Assembly: GCA_013265495.1 (NCBI GenBank)
Contig: MU057786.1
Span: 1 to 64,000 of the forward strand
Reading direction: 5' to 3'
DNA: 64,000 nt
Origin: Vicugna vicugna
Lineage: Eukaryota
The notes under the pieces were generated by a model, which worked only from the letters and a program-made list of their open reading frames with translations, was not told the origin of the DNA and searched no databases. This document shows, piece after piece, positions 13,080 through 27,749 of this stretch. The position numbers and the translations under genes are program-made. The first letter of the stretch is position 1; each line of letters starts with the position of its first letter.

Positions 13080-16000
13080 CTTTCACCTCAGGCTGTAATG
13101 GAATAAAAAGGACCACATTTAGCATTGCACCAAAAGAGAAAAAAAAAAAAAACTGGGCAAAGTGTGTGAAACCATTGGTTTCAGGCATCAAATAACTGGC
13201 AAGACACAACTGTGACACTTGAGAGAAAGGAAACAAATGAGTTGAGCCCTACGATCACCACAGCTTTCTTCCTGGAGGCATGTTTCAAACTAGGGAGTAA
13301 GGAAGGGGAATCCAAGCAGAGCCCAGCAATCTTGCTTAGATGAGGAGCCAGAGATAAGAGTTCAGGATATCTGAAGTGGCTGGAAATTGCAGGGCAGAGT
13401 TCAGAGAGGAGTGGATTATACAAAAAAAAAAAAGAAAAAAAGAAAAAAATTCCAGAAATCTCCATAGATACTTCCATGAATCTTTGTTGGACAGTAATAT
13501 GTGAATGTATGGGATGAAACTCCATGAGGCTGGATAGAAACAAACCAGGAAGCTATGAGCTGAATGCTTCCCCAGCTCACAAAGGACTGGAAGACATTTG
13601 AGTTCTGACCAGCCAGAAGAGAGAGCTCTAATTGATCCCAGGGGACATTCAGCAGAGGCCCTAAGTGGGCCATGCCTTCATGAAAAAGCTGAACTCTCCC
13701 TAGAATATAGCCTCTCTAAACCCACTTTAATAAAACTTTAAAAGAGCCTCAAAGGGATCAAGCTGAACTGAAGTTAACTTCATTTACTATGAGAACAAAG
13801 CTGCAAAGGAAGAAAACAAAAATGAGACACACAACAATTAAAACAATTTCTAGCAACCAATTAAATTTACTGGACAGGGAAGAAGCCAGAAAACATGACT
13901 AGGAGAAAAATCAGTCAATACAAAGAGACTCGGTAATAGATTTGATAGACTGACAAATAAGAATATTAAAACAGCTATTATAACTATGTTCAAGTATTTA
14001 AAAGAAAACATGAGCATAACAAGGAGAGAAAGCATGAACATAATAAGGAAGCAAATGAAAGATAGAAAAAGACATAACAAAATGAAACTCCTAGAGATGA
14101 AATATACCATACCTATGTTGAAAAAAAATCACTGGATGAGATAAAAATCAGATTAAATAATGAAGAAAACAATCAGTAAACTTGAAGATAGAGCAATAGA
14201 TTGTATTCAAAATTAAACAAAGAGAGGAAAAGAAAGACTGAAAAAAGTGAAGAGTCTAGTGACCTGTGGGACAATAGACAATGGTCTAACATAATTGGAA
14301 ACCCAGGAAGCAAGAAGAGATACAGCACAGAACAAATATTTGAAGAAATAATGGCCAATTTTTTTTCCCATAGGTGATAAAAACTATAAGGCTACAGATC
14401 TAAAACATCAACAAACACAAAACAGGCTGACTGTGCACACTGCTGCCACCACCACCGGCACCAGAATCAAGACACATTATAATCAAATAGCTGAAAACCA
14501 AAATATTATTAACAGAAAACCTTACAGTTATCCAGAGGAAAAAAGAAACAAAGGAATAAGGACAAGAATTACTGAAGAATTTCAGAAACTATGTAAATCA
14601 TAAGGCCATGGTACATCGTAAAAGTGCTAAAACAAAAATGATCAACCTGGACTGCCATGTGTATCAAATATTGTTTACAAAAGAAAATAAAATAAAAACC
14701 TTTCCAGGTAACAACAATAAAAGCTGAGTATATTTGTTACCGGTTGATCTGTAGCACAAGAAATATTAAAGGAAGTTCTTTGGAGGTAAGGAAAACAAAA
14801 ATGGAAGTATGTTATTGTAAGATTCTTACAATCTACATTAGCTGATACAGTATTATTGGAAGGTAGACTGTGAAAAGTTAAATGTGTATATTGTCTATGC
14901 TACAGAAACTCCTAAAACTAATAAAACAAAAAGAGGCAGAGCTATTAAGCCAATAGAAGAGGTAAAATCGAAGCATAAAAAATTAATTCAAAATAAGCAG
15001 TTAAAAAAATAAAAAAAAGAAAGAACAAATGGCACAAATAGAAAACAGATAGTAGACTTAAACCAAGGCAGAACAATAAGTACAATAAATTCACGTGGTC
15101 TAAACATACCAATTAAAGGGCAGAAGTATCAGATTGGTTAGAAAAGCAATACCTTACAATGTGCTGTATGTACAAGAAACTCAATTTAAGCTTAAAGACA
15201 TGGAAGGTGGGTATAGCTCAGTGGTAGAGCACATGATTAGCATGCATGAGGTCCTGGGTTCAATCCCTAGTACCCCCATTAAAAAAAAAAGTAAAGACAT
15301 GGACAGAATAAAGTAGAAGAATATAAAAAGATATGCTATGGAAACACCAAGCGTAAGAAAGCTAGAATGGCTATATTAGTGTCACACAAGGAACAACAAG
15401 AGACATTACAAAGACTTAAAAATACTAAATAAGTACATACCCAATGGCAAAGCTTCAAAATACAAGAAAAAATAAAACAGAAAGCTAAAATAAAGAAATC
15501 CACAATTATAGTTCAAAATACAGACATGTTTCTCGCAGTAATTGATTCAATAAGTAGGAAGAAAATTGGTAAGAATGTAGAAAACTTGAAAACACTATCA
15601 ACAATTTAATTGAAATTCATGGAACACTCTACTCAACATATACGTTTCAAGTACACTTGGAACATTTATTAAAATGTGCCATATGCCGTAAAACAAGCCT
15701 CAACAGTATTAAAGAATTGAAATTACACAAATGCAAAATGAAGCAAAAGAAGCAAAAGAAAGATTTTACAAAGTGAACAGCACTCAGTGAGCTATGGGAT
15801 AATATCAAGTAGTCAATGTATGTGTGAATGAAATTAAATTAATAATTAGTAGTTGAATTAAAAAAGAAATCAATATAAGAAATGAATCTAGAAAATCCCC
15901 AAATATTCGAAAGTTAAACAACTCTTCTAGATAACCCACTAATCAAAGAGAAAATCACAAGGAAAATCAGGAAACACACTGGAGTGACTGAAAATGAAGA

Positions 16001-16660
16001 CACAACATTTCAGAATTTGTGGGACGAAGCTAAAGCAGTGAAAACAGGGAACATTATAACTTCAAATGTTTATGTTTAAAAAGAAGAAAAGTCTAACATC
16101 GATAATCCAATTTAGTACATTAAGAAGCTAGAAAAACAATAAATCTAAAATAAGTAGATGAAAGAAATAAAGATGAGAACGGAAACCAATGAAATAGAAA
16201 AAGAACAAATAATTGAGAAAAATAAAGAAATCAAAAGCTGATTCTTTGAAAAAGTCGTTGAAATTGATAATAGTTTTAAGTAGACAAATCAAGATAAACA
16301 TAGAGAAAATACAAATTACCAACATTAGGAAAGAAAGAGGATAATTCTGTAGATCCTGCAGATCTTAAAAGTAAGTAAAAATTATGAAAATCTTTGTTAT
16401 AAATTCTGCAACTTTGGTGCAATGGAAAATTTTCTTGAAAGACAAAAATCACCAAGAAAGAAAGTTAAGGCTCTAAGTGTCCCATTTTCTGCCAAAATAA
16501 TAAAATTTATATTTATAAACCATCCTATTAAAAACTATCCAGAGCCAAAGCCTTCAACAGTGTATTCTCTCAAACAATTAAGGAAGAAATAGTATCAGTC
16601 CTACTCAAGTTTAAAGAAGGAATACTCCTCAACTCATTTTACGAAGCCAACATAGTGTTG
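13080..16660 (+). mobile_element. Ancient L1 (L1M-type): 5' region, ORF1 and ORF2 endonuclease-region remnants
   Basis: A-rich + strand with decayed L1 landmarks (ATATTTGAAGAAATAATGGC, CCAATTAAAGGGCAGA, GAATTTGTGGGACGAAGCTAAAGCAGTG); no long ORF. Confidence 0.8.
15205..15291 (+). mobile_element. tRNA-derived SINE, short form
   Basis: A/B boxes plus poly-A; perfect TSD TAAAGACATGGA at 15193-15204 and 15292-15303. Confidence 0.92.
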
Positions 16661-17193
16661 TTTTTCTCAATATGTATTTTGTTGAAGTATAGTCTGTTTG
16701 CAATGTTGTATCAGTTTCTGGTGTACAGCACAATACTTCAGTCATATAAGAACATACATGTATTCATTTTCATGTTCTTTTTCACCATAGGTTACTACAA
16801 GATATTGAATATGGTTCCCTTTGCTATACAATATAGACTTGTTGTTTATCTATTTTATGTATATTAGTTAGTATCTGCAAATCTTGAACTCCCAGTTTAT
16901 CCCTTCCCACCCTTTTTCCCTGCTGGGAACCATAAGTTTGTTTTCTATGTCTGTGAGTCTGTTTCTATTTTGTAAACAAGTTCATTTGTCTTATTTTTTT
17001 AGATTCCACATGTGAGTGATATCATATGGTATTTTTCTTTCTCTTTCTGGCTTACTTCGCTTCAAATGACATTCTCCAGGTCCATCCATGTTGCTGCAAA
17101 TGGCATTATTTTATTCCTTTTTATTGCTGAGTAGTATTCCATTGTATAAATATACCACAGCTTCTTTATCCAGTCAGCTGTTGATGGACATTT
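16661..17193 (-). mobile_element. Young L1 3' end nested in ancient L1
   Basis: [27 protein letters not shown] remnant; 18-bp TSD GAAGCCAACATA(G/A)TGTTG at 16643-16660 and 17194-17211. Confidence 0.92.
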
Positions 17194-17369
17194 GAAGCCA
17201 ACATAATGTTGATACCAAAACAAGTGGAATTTATTACAGGAATGAAAGCTTCGTAACATTGTGATTTCAATGAATGTTTATTGAGACAGGAGAAAGTGGG
17301 AAATACCATACATTTTTAATCCTGAGATGCAATAAAATAATTTGACAAAATTGTACACACATTCATGGC

Positions 17370-18545
17370 CTTGACAATGATTTCTTGGTTACAACATCAT
17401 CAGCAAAAGCAACAAAAGCAAAAATTAGTTAAGTGGGACTACATCAAACTTAGAAGTTTCTGCACAGCAAAAGAAACAATCAACAAAATGAATAGACAAA
17501 CTACAGAATAGGAGAAAATATATGAAGAACTCATACAATTCAATAATAAAAGTAAATGAATAAATAAACAATCCAATTACAAAATAGACAGAGGAACAGA
17601 ATAGATATTTTCCCAAAGAAGACTAAGACATGTCCAGCAGGTACCTGAAAACTGCTTGACATCACCAATCTTTGGGGCAATGCAAATTAAAACCACAATG
17701 AGATATTACCTCACACTTGTTAGAATTGGCTATCCATCAAAAACACAAGAAATGACAAGTGTTGGTGAGGATGTGGAATAAATGAAACTCTTCTGCACTG
17801 TTGGTGGGAATGTAAATTAGTACAGCCAAACAATATGCTGGTTTCTCAAAAAATTACAACTAGAGCTACCATATGACTCAGCAGTCCTACTTCTGGGTAT
17901 ATAGCTAAGGAAAAGAAAACAAAATCTTGAAGAGTTATCTGCACTTCCATGTTTGTTGCAGCATTATTCACAATAGCCAAGGTACGGAAACAACCTAAGT
18001 GTCTGTCAATGGATGAATGGATAAAGAAGATGTGGTATAAATATACAATGGAATATTATTTAGCCACGAGAAAGAAAAAGATCCTGTCATCTGCAGCAAC
18101 ATGGGTAGAGCTTGAGGGCATTGTGCTAAATGAAATAAATCAGACAGAGAAAGACAAATACTGTGCAATGTCATATATATGTAGGATCTTAAAATGCTGA
18201 GCTCATAGAGTAGACTGGTGGTTACCAGGGGCTTAGAGGTAGAAGAAATGGGGAGATGTTGTCAAAGGGTACAAACTTCCAGTTATAAGACAAGTAAGTT
18301 CTGGGGACCTAATGTACACCATGATAGTTAATACCACGCTGTTACACACTTGAAAGTCGCTAAGAGTGTAAATCTTAAGTGTTCTTACCACACACAAAAA
18401 ATACTGAAATTATGTGATGTGATGGAGGTGTTAACCAAAGCATAGTGGTAATTATTTTGCAATATATAAGTGTATCAAATCAACACATTATTCACCTTAA
18501 ACCTAAACAATGCTATATTTTATCATAACGTAGCTAGGAAAAAAA
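17370..18545 (+). mobile_element. L1MA9-like 3' portion
   Basis: MFVAALFTIAKVRKQPKCLSMDEWIKKMWY remnant; 3' UTR GGGTACAAACTTCCAGTTATAAG...GCTAAGAGTGTAAATCTTAA. Confidence 0.8.
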
Positions 18546-21545
18546 GACAATAGAAAAAGAGCGAACTAACCCCAAGGCAAGCAGAAAGAAGGAGATAATA
18601 CAGAACAAAGCAGAAATTAATGAGATAGAGAATTAAAACAAATAGAGATTCAACAAAATCAAAGGTTGGTTCTTTGAAAATATTATCAAAACTGACAAAT
18701 CTTAGGTCAAATGATCAAGAAACAGAGAAGACTAAAATTACAGAGATCAGGAATGAAGGAAGGGATGTCACTACTAACCTTACAAAAATAAAAAGTATTT
18801 TAAGGGAATACTATAAATACTAATACACCATATTTAATAGAATAAAGGACAAAGACCACATGTTCACCTGGATAGAGAAAATCAGTGAATAAAATTCAAT
18901 ACCCTTTTATGACAAAACCCCTCAGAAATTAGGCTTAGAAGGAAATTTCCTCAAGCTGATACAGGGCATTTATGAAGACCCCACAGGTTACAAACATACT
19001 TAATAGTCAAAGACTGAATGCTTTCCCCCTAAAATCAGATCCAAGAATGTCCTCTCTCCCCACTTATATTCAGTATTGTGTTGGAGATTCTCGCTAGGGT
19101 AATTAGGTAACAGAAAGAGATGAGTCATTCAGATTGGAAAGAAAGAAGCAAAACTATCTTTATATGTAGATTGATCTTTTATGTAGAGAGTCCAAAAAAT
19201 AGCTCTAAAAAACTGGTAAATAATAAATTCAGCAAAGTTGCAGGGTATAAGGTCCATATGCAAAAATCAATTGTATTTCCATGTACTATTAATGAATAAT
19301 CAGAAAGTGGAATTAAGAAAATTACCCCACTTATAATACTAGCAATGAGAATAAAATATTTGGAATAAATTTCACAGTAGCACTGCATGGTTTGTACATG
19401 GGGAACTACAAAACAGTGTTTAAGTTCATAAAGATAAATAAATGGAAAGACATTCCACTCTCATAGATTGGAAGACTTAATATTAAGATGGCTTACTAAA
19501 GGGGATTGGGTTGGGAGGAATAAATTAGGAGTTTGGGATTTTCAGGTACAAAACACTCTGTATAAAATAAACAGCAAGGTCCTACTGCATAGCACCATGT
19601 TCAATAGCTTGTACTAACTTATAATGAAAAAGAATATATATGTGTTTATAACTGAATCACTATGCTGTACACCATAAACTAGCACAAATATTATAAATCA
19701 ACTATACTTCACAAACAAACAAACAGATGGCAATACTTTCCAGATTGTTCTAAAGATTGAACAGAGCCCCTATCAAAGTCCCAGGTTCCTCTCCCAACCT
19801 TTTTCTGGCAGTAATTTAGAAGTTGATCCTAAAATTCATATGGAAATGAATGAGACTCAGAATAGCCAAAACAATCTTGAAAAAGGTGAACAAAGTTGGA
19901 GAATGTAGACTTCTCAATTTTAAAACTTACTGTGAAGCTACAGGAATCAAGACAGTGTAGTGCTGGCATAAATACAGCTGGATAGATCAATAAGGTAGGA
20001 TCAAGAGTCCAAGAATAAACCATTACATTTATGGTCAATTGATTGAAACAAGATACCAAGATAATTCAATGGGAAAGAATAGTGTTTTCAACAAATGGTG
20101 CTGGGACAATTGGATACCCGCACACAGAAGTGAACTAGCTCACGTCATGTGGGGGAAAAAAAAAACAACTCAAAATGGATTATGTACCTAACTATAGGAG
20201 CTAAAACTACAAACATTTAGAAGAAAAACATAGAATGAAAGCTTCGTCACCTTAAGCTATGTATGACCTCAAAAGCACAAGAAAACAAACTGGGCTGGGG
20301 GGAGGGCAGAATAGATACATTGGAAATCATCAAAATTAAAAACTTTGGGGATCAAAGGACACCATCAAGAATATGAAAAGACAACCATAGAATGGGAGAA
20401 GATAAATTGCAAATTATATGTCTGATAAAGTACTGATTATATCCAGAATATATAGAGAATTCTTCCAACTTAATAGTTTTTAAAAATCCAGTTTAAAATT
20501 GGGCAAAATACTTGAATATACATTTCTCCAAAAAAAATATACAGACGGACAATAGGTACATGAAAAGATACTCAACATCATTGGTCAGTAGGGAAATACA
20601 AGTCAAAGCTGCAATGAGATACCATTTCTTATCCAATATTACAGCTATAGTTTTTTAAAATGGAAAATGACAAGTGTTGACAAGGATGTAGAGAAATTAG
20701 AACCCTCATAATATGACTGATGGGAATGTAAATGGTGCAGCCACTGTAGAAAACATTTTGGCAATTCCTCAAAAAGTTAATCACAGAGTTAATCATTTGA
20801 CCTGGCAATCCAGTCCCACATAGATACCCAAGAGAATTGAATACATATGTTCACACAAAAACTTGTATATAACTGTTCATAGCATTATTCATAGTAGTCA
20901 AAAGGTACAAACAAAGCAAATGTCCATTAGCTGATGAATGGATACACAAGATGTGGTACATACCTACACATATTGTATTTCATATCATTTATATGATTTT
21001 CCTGGAATAGGCAAATCCAAAATAGAGAAAGTAGGTTAGTGATGGCAGGAGCTGGGGAGGGGTCAATTGCATATGGCATTTATTTTGGGGATGATAAAAA
21101 TGTTCAAAAATTATATAGTATACTCTTTGAATATACTAAAACCACTGAATTGTACACTTTACAAGGGTGACATTTATGGTACGTGAATTATATCTCAATA
21201 AAGCTATAATTAAAACATGGATCATAGACTAAATGTAAAAGCTAAAATTATAAAACATTTGGAGGAAAACCTTATGTTTCTCTTATAGAAAACTTTTGCA
21301 ACCTTGGGGTAGACAAATACATTTTAAGACACAAAAAGCACAAATCATAAAAGAAAAAATGACAAGATAAATCTCAAAAAAAATTTAAAACTGCTGTTTT
21401 TGAAAGGCAGCATTAAGAAAATTAAAAAATAGTGGGGAGGGTGTAGCTGAGTGGTAGAGCACATGCTTACCATGCATGAGGTCCTGAGTTCAATCCCCAG
21501 TACCTCCATTAAAAAAAATTAAATAAATCTAATTACCTCCTTCCC

Positions 21546-21604
<59 letters not shown>

Positions 21605-23640
21605 AAAAAAAAACCAAAGAGAAAATGGAAAAGCAAGCCACAGACTGAGGCAGTATCTGCAATACAGAAACCTGACAAAGGACTTGTTTCCAGCATATAT
21701 AAAGAACTCTTCCAATTAAGGAATAAGAGAAAAGCTTGAAGAAGACATAGTTAAAAAAAAACAAACAAAAAAACCTCACCAAAGAAGATATATGAATGGT
21801 CAGAAAACATAGGAAAAGATGCTCACAATCTGTAATCATCAGAGAAATGCAAAGTAAAACCATGTTCCGATACCACTACACACCCATTAGATCAACTAAA
21901 ACTAGAAAGACTGGCAAGTATTTATGATTATAAAGATAAACCAGAATTTTCATATATTTCTGGTAGGAGTGTGAAATGCTAAAAACCAATTAGGAAAACA
22001 GTTTGGCAGTTTAACAAAAGTAAAATTAAACATATTCTTCCCATAAGATAGAGCAATTGTACTACCAAGAGAAAAAAAATGCATATTTATGCCAAGGCTC
22101 GTACATGAATATTCAAAATAGCTTTATTCATAGTGGCCAGAATCTGGAAATAATATAAATGTCCATCAACAGGTAAATGGATAAATAAATGATTGTATAT
22201 CCACACGGTGGTGTACTGTGCAGGAAAAGGGAGAAAAAAAAAGAATGAATTATCGATACACACAACGTAGTTGAATCTCAGAAACAATCTGCTGAGCAAA
22301 AGCAGCCAGACAGAAAAGAGTACATACTGTACATTCCATTTATACAAAATTTAGGAAAAACAAATCTATAGTTAGAGAAAGAAGATATATGATTTCTTGG
22401 ATCTGAGAGTGGTGGATGGAGATCACTTGGGAATGGGCATAAGGGAACCTTTAGGGATGATAAAAATGTTCTGTATCTCGATTGTGGTGCTGGTTACATG
22501 TGGGTATGTATTTTTCTAAACTCATAGAATTATACTCCTAAAATGGGAACATTTTATTATACATAAATTTTGTTTCAATTGAGCTGATTTTTAAAATTTC
22601 AAATTGGTTTTCAAAATATATGCAATTCAAATCACAAAGGCCTATCTCTCTAATAATAAAGAACTCCTAAAAATCAAGAAGTCAAAGAGCAACAACTGAT
22701 GCAGAAAATTTCTGCAGAATAAAGGTAAAAAGGCATACATACAGTTTTTAGAAAAAGCAATACAAACTGCCCTTAAACATATGAAAAAAAATGTTTACTT
22801 ATAAAAAGAGAATGCATATCTAACCCACACTGAGGCTGCATTTCTCACTTATCAGATTGGCAAAAATTCAAGACTGACGGCACGTTCTCTGAGCCTGTGG
22901 GAAAACACTCATGCATGAGAGTCACGTATGCATGCAGCTGGTCCAGGTGCAAAATGCTACCTTCCCCAAAGAAGGAAATTTGGAAATTTTTATTAGAGCC
23001 TATCCACTAAAATTACAAATGCACATACATTTTGACCCAGCAATTCCACTTTTGAGAATGTATCTGACAGATATTCCTACATAGGGGCAAAATGATGTGT
23101 GTACAAGTTTATTTACTATAAGACTGTTTTTAATAGTAAAATATTGGAAACGCCTTAAGTATCCATCTAAGGGTGTTGGATTAAATAAACCATGGTTCAT
23201 TTCTATAGTGGATGCAAGTAATAACAAAAAAAGAATAAGAAAGCTTTTTATGTAGTGATATGGAAATTTTTCTGGAAAATATTGTTAAATAAAAAGACAG
23301 GGCACAAAATACAATAAATAACATGCTACCTGTTTTTGTAAGAAAGAGGAAAACTACGTAATGTAAACCACTTTATGAGGTGTGATTGACATACAAAGAG
23401 CTGTACGTATGTAATGATACAACTTGATAAGTAATATATACATATCTATATTTTCTCTTATTTGCATAAATACACACTGGAAGGATTCACAATAAATGAA
23501 TAAAAATACAGAGAGCAGATAAGGAGGTAATGGGCTGATGGGGACAAATGTGAGCAAGACTTCTAAGGATGGACATTTTTATCCTGTTTTTGTATTTGAA
23601 CCAGGTAAATGTATTACCTATATTTTAAAAATTAAAGAAA
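18546..23640 (+). mobile_element. Stack of old L1 fragments (L1MB/L1ME-like ORF2 and 3' ends), with a young L1 3' tip at ~19493-19725 and a SINE nested inside
   Basis: Repeated decayed ORF2 C-terminal and 3' UTR landmarks ending near 21215, 22600 and 23640; AGATGGC repeat flanks the nested tip. Confidence 0.75.
21434..21613 (+). mobile_element. tRNA-derived SINE with 55-nt pure poly-A
   Basis: A/B boxes, CTAATTACCTCC tail, uninterrupted A run at 21548-21602. Confidence 0.92.
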
Positions 23641-24612
23641 AACCCAGCGAGAATGGTATCATCAAATCTAATAAAGATGTAATGAAATTATTTTACACAC
23701 ACACACAAACACACACACACACACACATATGTCCCATCTGCATCCAAGCAATTATTCATTGCCAGCATCAGAGATCATTTTTCAGTTCATTTTTCATTAA
23801 ATCTTCAGTAATTCTGCTATGCATTACAGAGTAATGTGATGTCTGGGCAGTGACTAGCACAGTGACACAGAAGACTGGGAAAAATCTAGCTGAAGTTGGG
23901 TAGAATGGAGCTTTGACTTTCTTTTGAAGCTACCAAGCATATGAACCTATCTGTGTCTCTTGGTGGGAGGCAGAGAACATCATTTTCCACTACGGAAGCC
24001 GTAAAGGCCAGATCCCTGCTTTTCCAGCTTCCTTTGCAAATAGGGCATGGACACATATGACCTAGGCTCAGCCATTCAGCTGCATCCTCCCTAGAACCTA
24101 AAGTGAGAGCCAGTGGTGTAAAGAATCCTTTCTAGGGTCATCAGCTGCAGCCAGGGTACCACCCAGTTCCTGGGACAGTGTAGGTATCTCAGAAACAGTG
24201 GTGGTAGAGAATCCAGGGCTAACAATGGGTCCAATGGTGATGTCCCAGATTCCATGTTGATAGACCAAGTAGATGGAGCAGGGACCTCATTTTATGTCAC
24301 TGGTTTCATTTTACAGCATAATATTTGCTGTGGCTCTGGCTACATAGCTTCCCTTGGACCTACTTATTTTCTAGGCCAGAGTCTCCAAGTCTCCCCATAT
24401 GCATTCTGTGCATTCCATGTTCCTTCAGTTTCTTAGAGTTGGTTTCTGTTGCTTGCAACTAATAAGCCTGATTCAGGCATCTGGATTTTGTCAGAGTTTC
24501 TCTGGATAGAAATCAGAGCAAGTAAGGAAACCCCAACCTAGCAGGGATCTCCAGGCCTGCACTGCTGGTGGAAAAGAAAGAGATAAGAGGCTACAGAAGT
24601 CCTATCAATCGT

Positions 24613-24677
24613 AGAGAGAGGGAGGGGGAGAGAGAGAAAGAGAGAGAGAGAGAGAGTGTGTGTGTGTGTGTGTGTGT
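24613..24677. repeat. Compound (GA)n(GT)n microsatellite
   Basis: Directly visible; other (CA)n tracts lie at ~23694-23727 and ~48589-48610. Confidence 0.95.
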
Positions 24678-25169
24678 CTCATAGGACAGAGTTGGGGTAG
24701 GGGTCAGACATGAGAACACAGGAGGCTTTCTTGAGAAGAGGCTGCTGGACCTGTGTCCTGGCCTCGGCTGGGAGGGAAGCTTTGATGGGTACGTGCAGGT
24801 CATGGTTTCAGCCAATGAACAATTGGAAGTAAAAACTTGAGAGTGGGTATAGGATAGAAAATCCATGAAAGTGAACGTTCACATAGTTACAGTGTGTGCA
24901 TGTATAATTTTTAATAACAACCATAAATTCACATATTGCTTTTGAAAATTTTTTAAAAGACAGATGGGAAAAGGATTCAGCCATGAAGGTTTGTGTGATT
25001 GCTCCTCTGTATATATCCAACAATACTTCCACTATATCTGACTCATTTCTTCATGTAATACATATTCAGTGAGCAGATTAAAAAAGTGAACTAAACGTGC
25101 ATCTAATCACTCCTCTGGAGACCTCAATAAAACTGCAGTAAGAGTTTTATAAATTTTTTATTTGTGTCT

Positions 25170-25895
25170 ATATTTTTCATTGTGGTAAAATGTACATAAT
25201 ACAAATTTCACCATTTTAACCATTTTTAACATACAGTTCAGTGGCATCAAGTATACTCATAATATTGTTCAACCATCATCACCATCCATTTCCAGAACTT
25301 TTTCATCTTTCCAAATGGAAACCCCAGACCCATTACACACTAACTCCAAGTTCTTTCCTCCCTCCAACCCTGGTGTCTCTAGTCTATTTTCCATCTCTAC
25401 AAATTTGCCTATTCTATTTACCTCATATAAATGGGATCATACAATATTTGTCTTTTTGTGTCTGGCTCATTTCACTTAGCATCGTGTTTTCAAGGTTCAT
25501 CCATGTTGCAGCATGTGTCAGAATCTCCTTCCATTTTGAGGGCCAAATAACATTCCATTATAGAGATATACTGATTTTTGTTTACCCAGTTCATCTATCG
25601 ATGGACACTTGGGTGTTTCCACCTTTTGGCTGTTGTGAATAATGCTGCTGTGAACATTGGTGTATGGATATGTGCTCAAATTCCTGCTCTTAGTTCTTTT
25701 GGGTACAGGCCCTGAAGTGGCCTGTTTGGATCATATGGTAATTCCAGATTTGACTCTGTGACAGCCATACTATTTTCTACGGCAACTGCATTGTTTTACA
25801 TTCCTACCAGCTGTGTATGAGGGTTCCAAGTTCTTCACATCCTCACCAACACTTACTTTTTATTTCTTAAAAAAAAATAATAGCCATCTTCATGT
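25170..25895 (-). mobile_element. L1MB-like 3' end
   Basis: TTGTGGTAAAATGTACATAA...CATTTCACTTAGCAT...CATCCTCACCAACACTT. Confidence 0.8.
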
Positions 25896-26544
25896 GGTAG
25901 CTCAGTGCGATGTAATTACTTCTGAGTGCATAACCTCGCAAAGCCAGGGACGTACACCCAAGCCTGTCTGAGTGACCTTTCCACGCCACATCCTGGCCCT
26001 TCTGAGGCCCAAGCACGTTTGTTTTAACCAAGCAGAAGGCTTCCCAACATGGCAGGACTTAGCTTAGACGTGCAGTGTTTGGTATTGATGGCATGTATCT
26101 CATTTTTAGGCCCACACCCTGGAATCTTGCTTCAGGAACAATGGGAAAATAAGCCTCAAGAAGGACTAACTTTAATATATGAAGATGTCCATAAAAGTAA
26201 AAGAAAATCTAGAATAACATAAATGTACAACAGGTATATGCCAGATAAATTCCAGTGTATCTTTTCAGTGGCTCTTATGCCATGATTAAAGAATGATAAT
26301 TTTGAAGGCTTTGTTGAATCATTGCACCACTGAAAAACACTTAAGTGGAGAAAATGGCCTACAGCTGTAGTAAAATAATTGAAGTTACATGAATAAGGCC
26401 ATAACAACAAAGTTGCTATGTTAGGATGTGGGATTATTGGTTATTTTCTTTGTTAAAAACATCACTCATGTCCTTTTATTGTATTTCCAGTAAGAAAAAG
26501 GAAAGGACAAAGTGAAGCAGACACTTCCCTGAGCTGCCTGATGA

Positions 26545-27300
26545 GTGACAACCAAATATATAACTTACACAAAACATTGTGTAAGTTTAAGGTGTACAGT
26601 GTGTTGATTTGCTGCATTTATATTGAAATACAATTGCTACTGTGATGTAAGCATCATTATTACCGAAGTATCATTTCTTCTAGTGGTGGGAACAGTTAAA
26701 GATTCAGTTTCAGCAGATGTGATGTTCATAATATGGTACTATTGTCTATAATCACTGCACTGTGCACTTGTCTATAATATGATATCATTGCCTATAATCA
26801 CTGTACAAGTAAACTGTAGGGCTTACTTATCTACCAGTTGCAAGTCTGTACCTTTATGTCAGATCTCTCCTAATTTCACCCCGCCTCCCCCAGCTCCTAG
26901 TAACCATCATTCCACTCTATTTCTTCAAATTTGGTTTTTCAGATTCCACATATAAGAGATATCATACAGTATTTGTCTTTCTCTGTCTGACTTAACATAA
27001 TATCCCCAAGGTCCATCCATGATATAGCAAATGGCAGGGTTTTCTTTTTTCTCATGGCTGAAGAGTATTCTATTTTATATGTGCATATATAAATATTATA
27101 GGAGAAAACATTATAGAGTAGAATAGTATTCTATTTATAATAGAATCATATACATATATATATGTTATCTTTTTTATCCATTCATTTTTTGACAGAAAGG
27201 TTGTTTCTGTACCTTGGCTGTTGTGAATAATGTTGCTTTGAACAAGGGAGTGCAAATATCTCTTCAATATCAGTTTTCACTCTTGTCAGGCAGCACATCT
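26545..27300 (-). mobile_element. L1MA-like 3' end
   Basis: AAGTTTAAGGTGTACAG...AGATTCCACATATAAGAGATATCATACAGTATTTGTC. Confidence 0.75.
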
Positions 27301-27749
27301 CACTGTGATTCTGACATTTATTCTGAACCCTCTGTTGGCACTTTTTGCCTAGTTACATCCTGCGATGGGTTCCAAGAAAGGTGTGATTAAAACATGTGTC
27401 CAAATAGGAGGCCTCGACAAATGTGTCACTTTTGGATGGAAACCCGTGGGTCAGGTTTTGACAGCTGGTTGATGGGAGTATCCTAATCCTCACATTTCTC
27501 CATGTATTAAACAACCACTAGATGCTACCGTAGGCTGTGATCGGCTTCCCAGACAGGCAGCGTTTGCCTTTCCTCCTTCCTGTGGGAAAATGACAAACAC
27601 ATTGAAATGTTAAGTGTTAGGACACACTGTATGTGTTTTTAATGCCAGGTAAAGCCCAGCAAATTGGAAGCATCACCTTTGCTACGTCTTTTGAGCAGTG
27701 AGTTGAAACTAAGGTCTACCAAGTGTCTTCTCTAGGCCAGGCATTCTTT

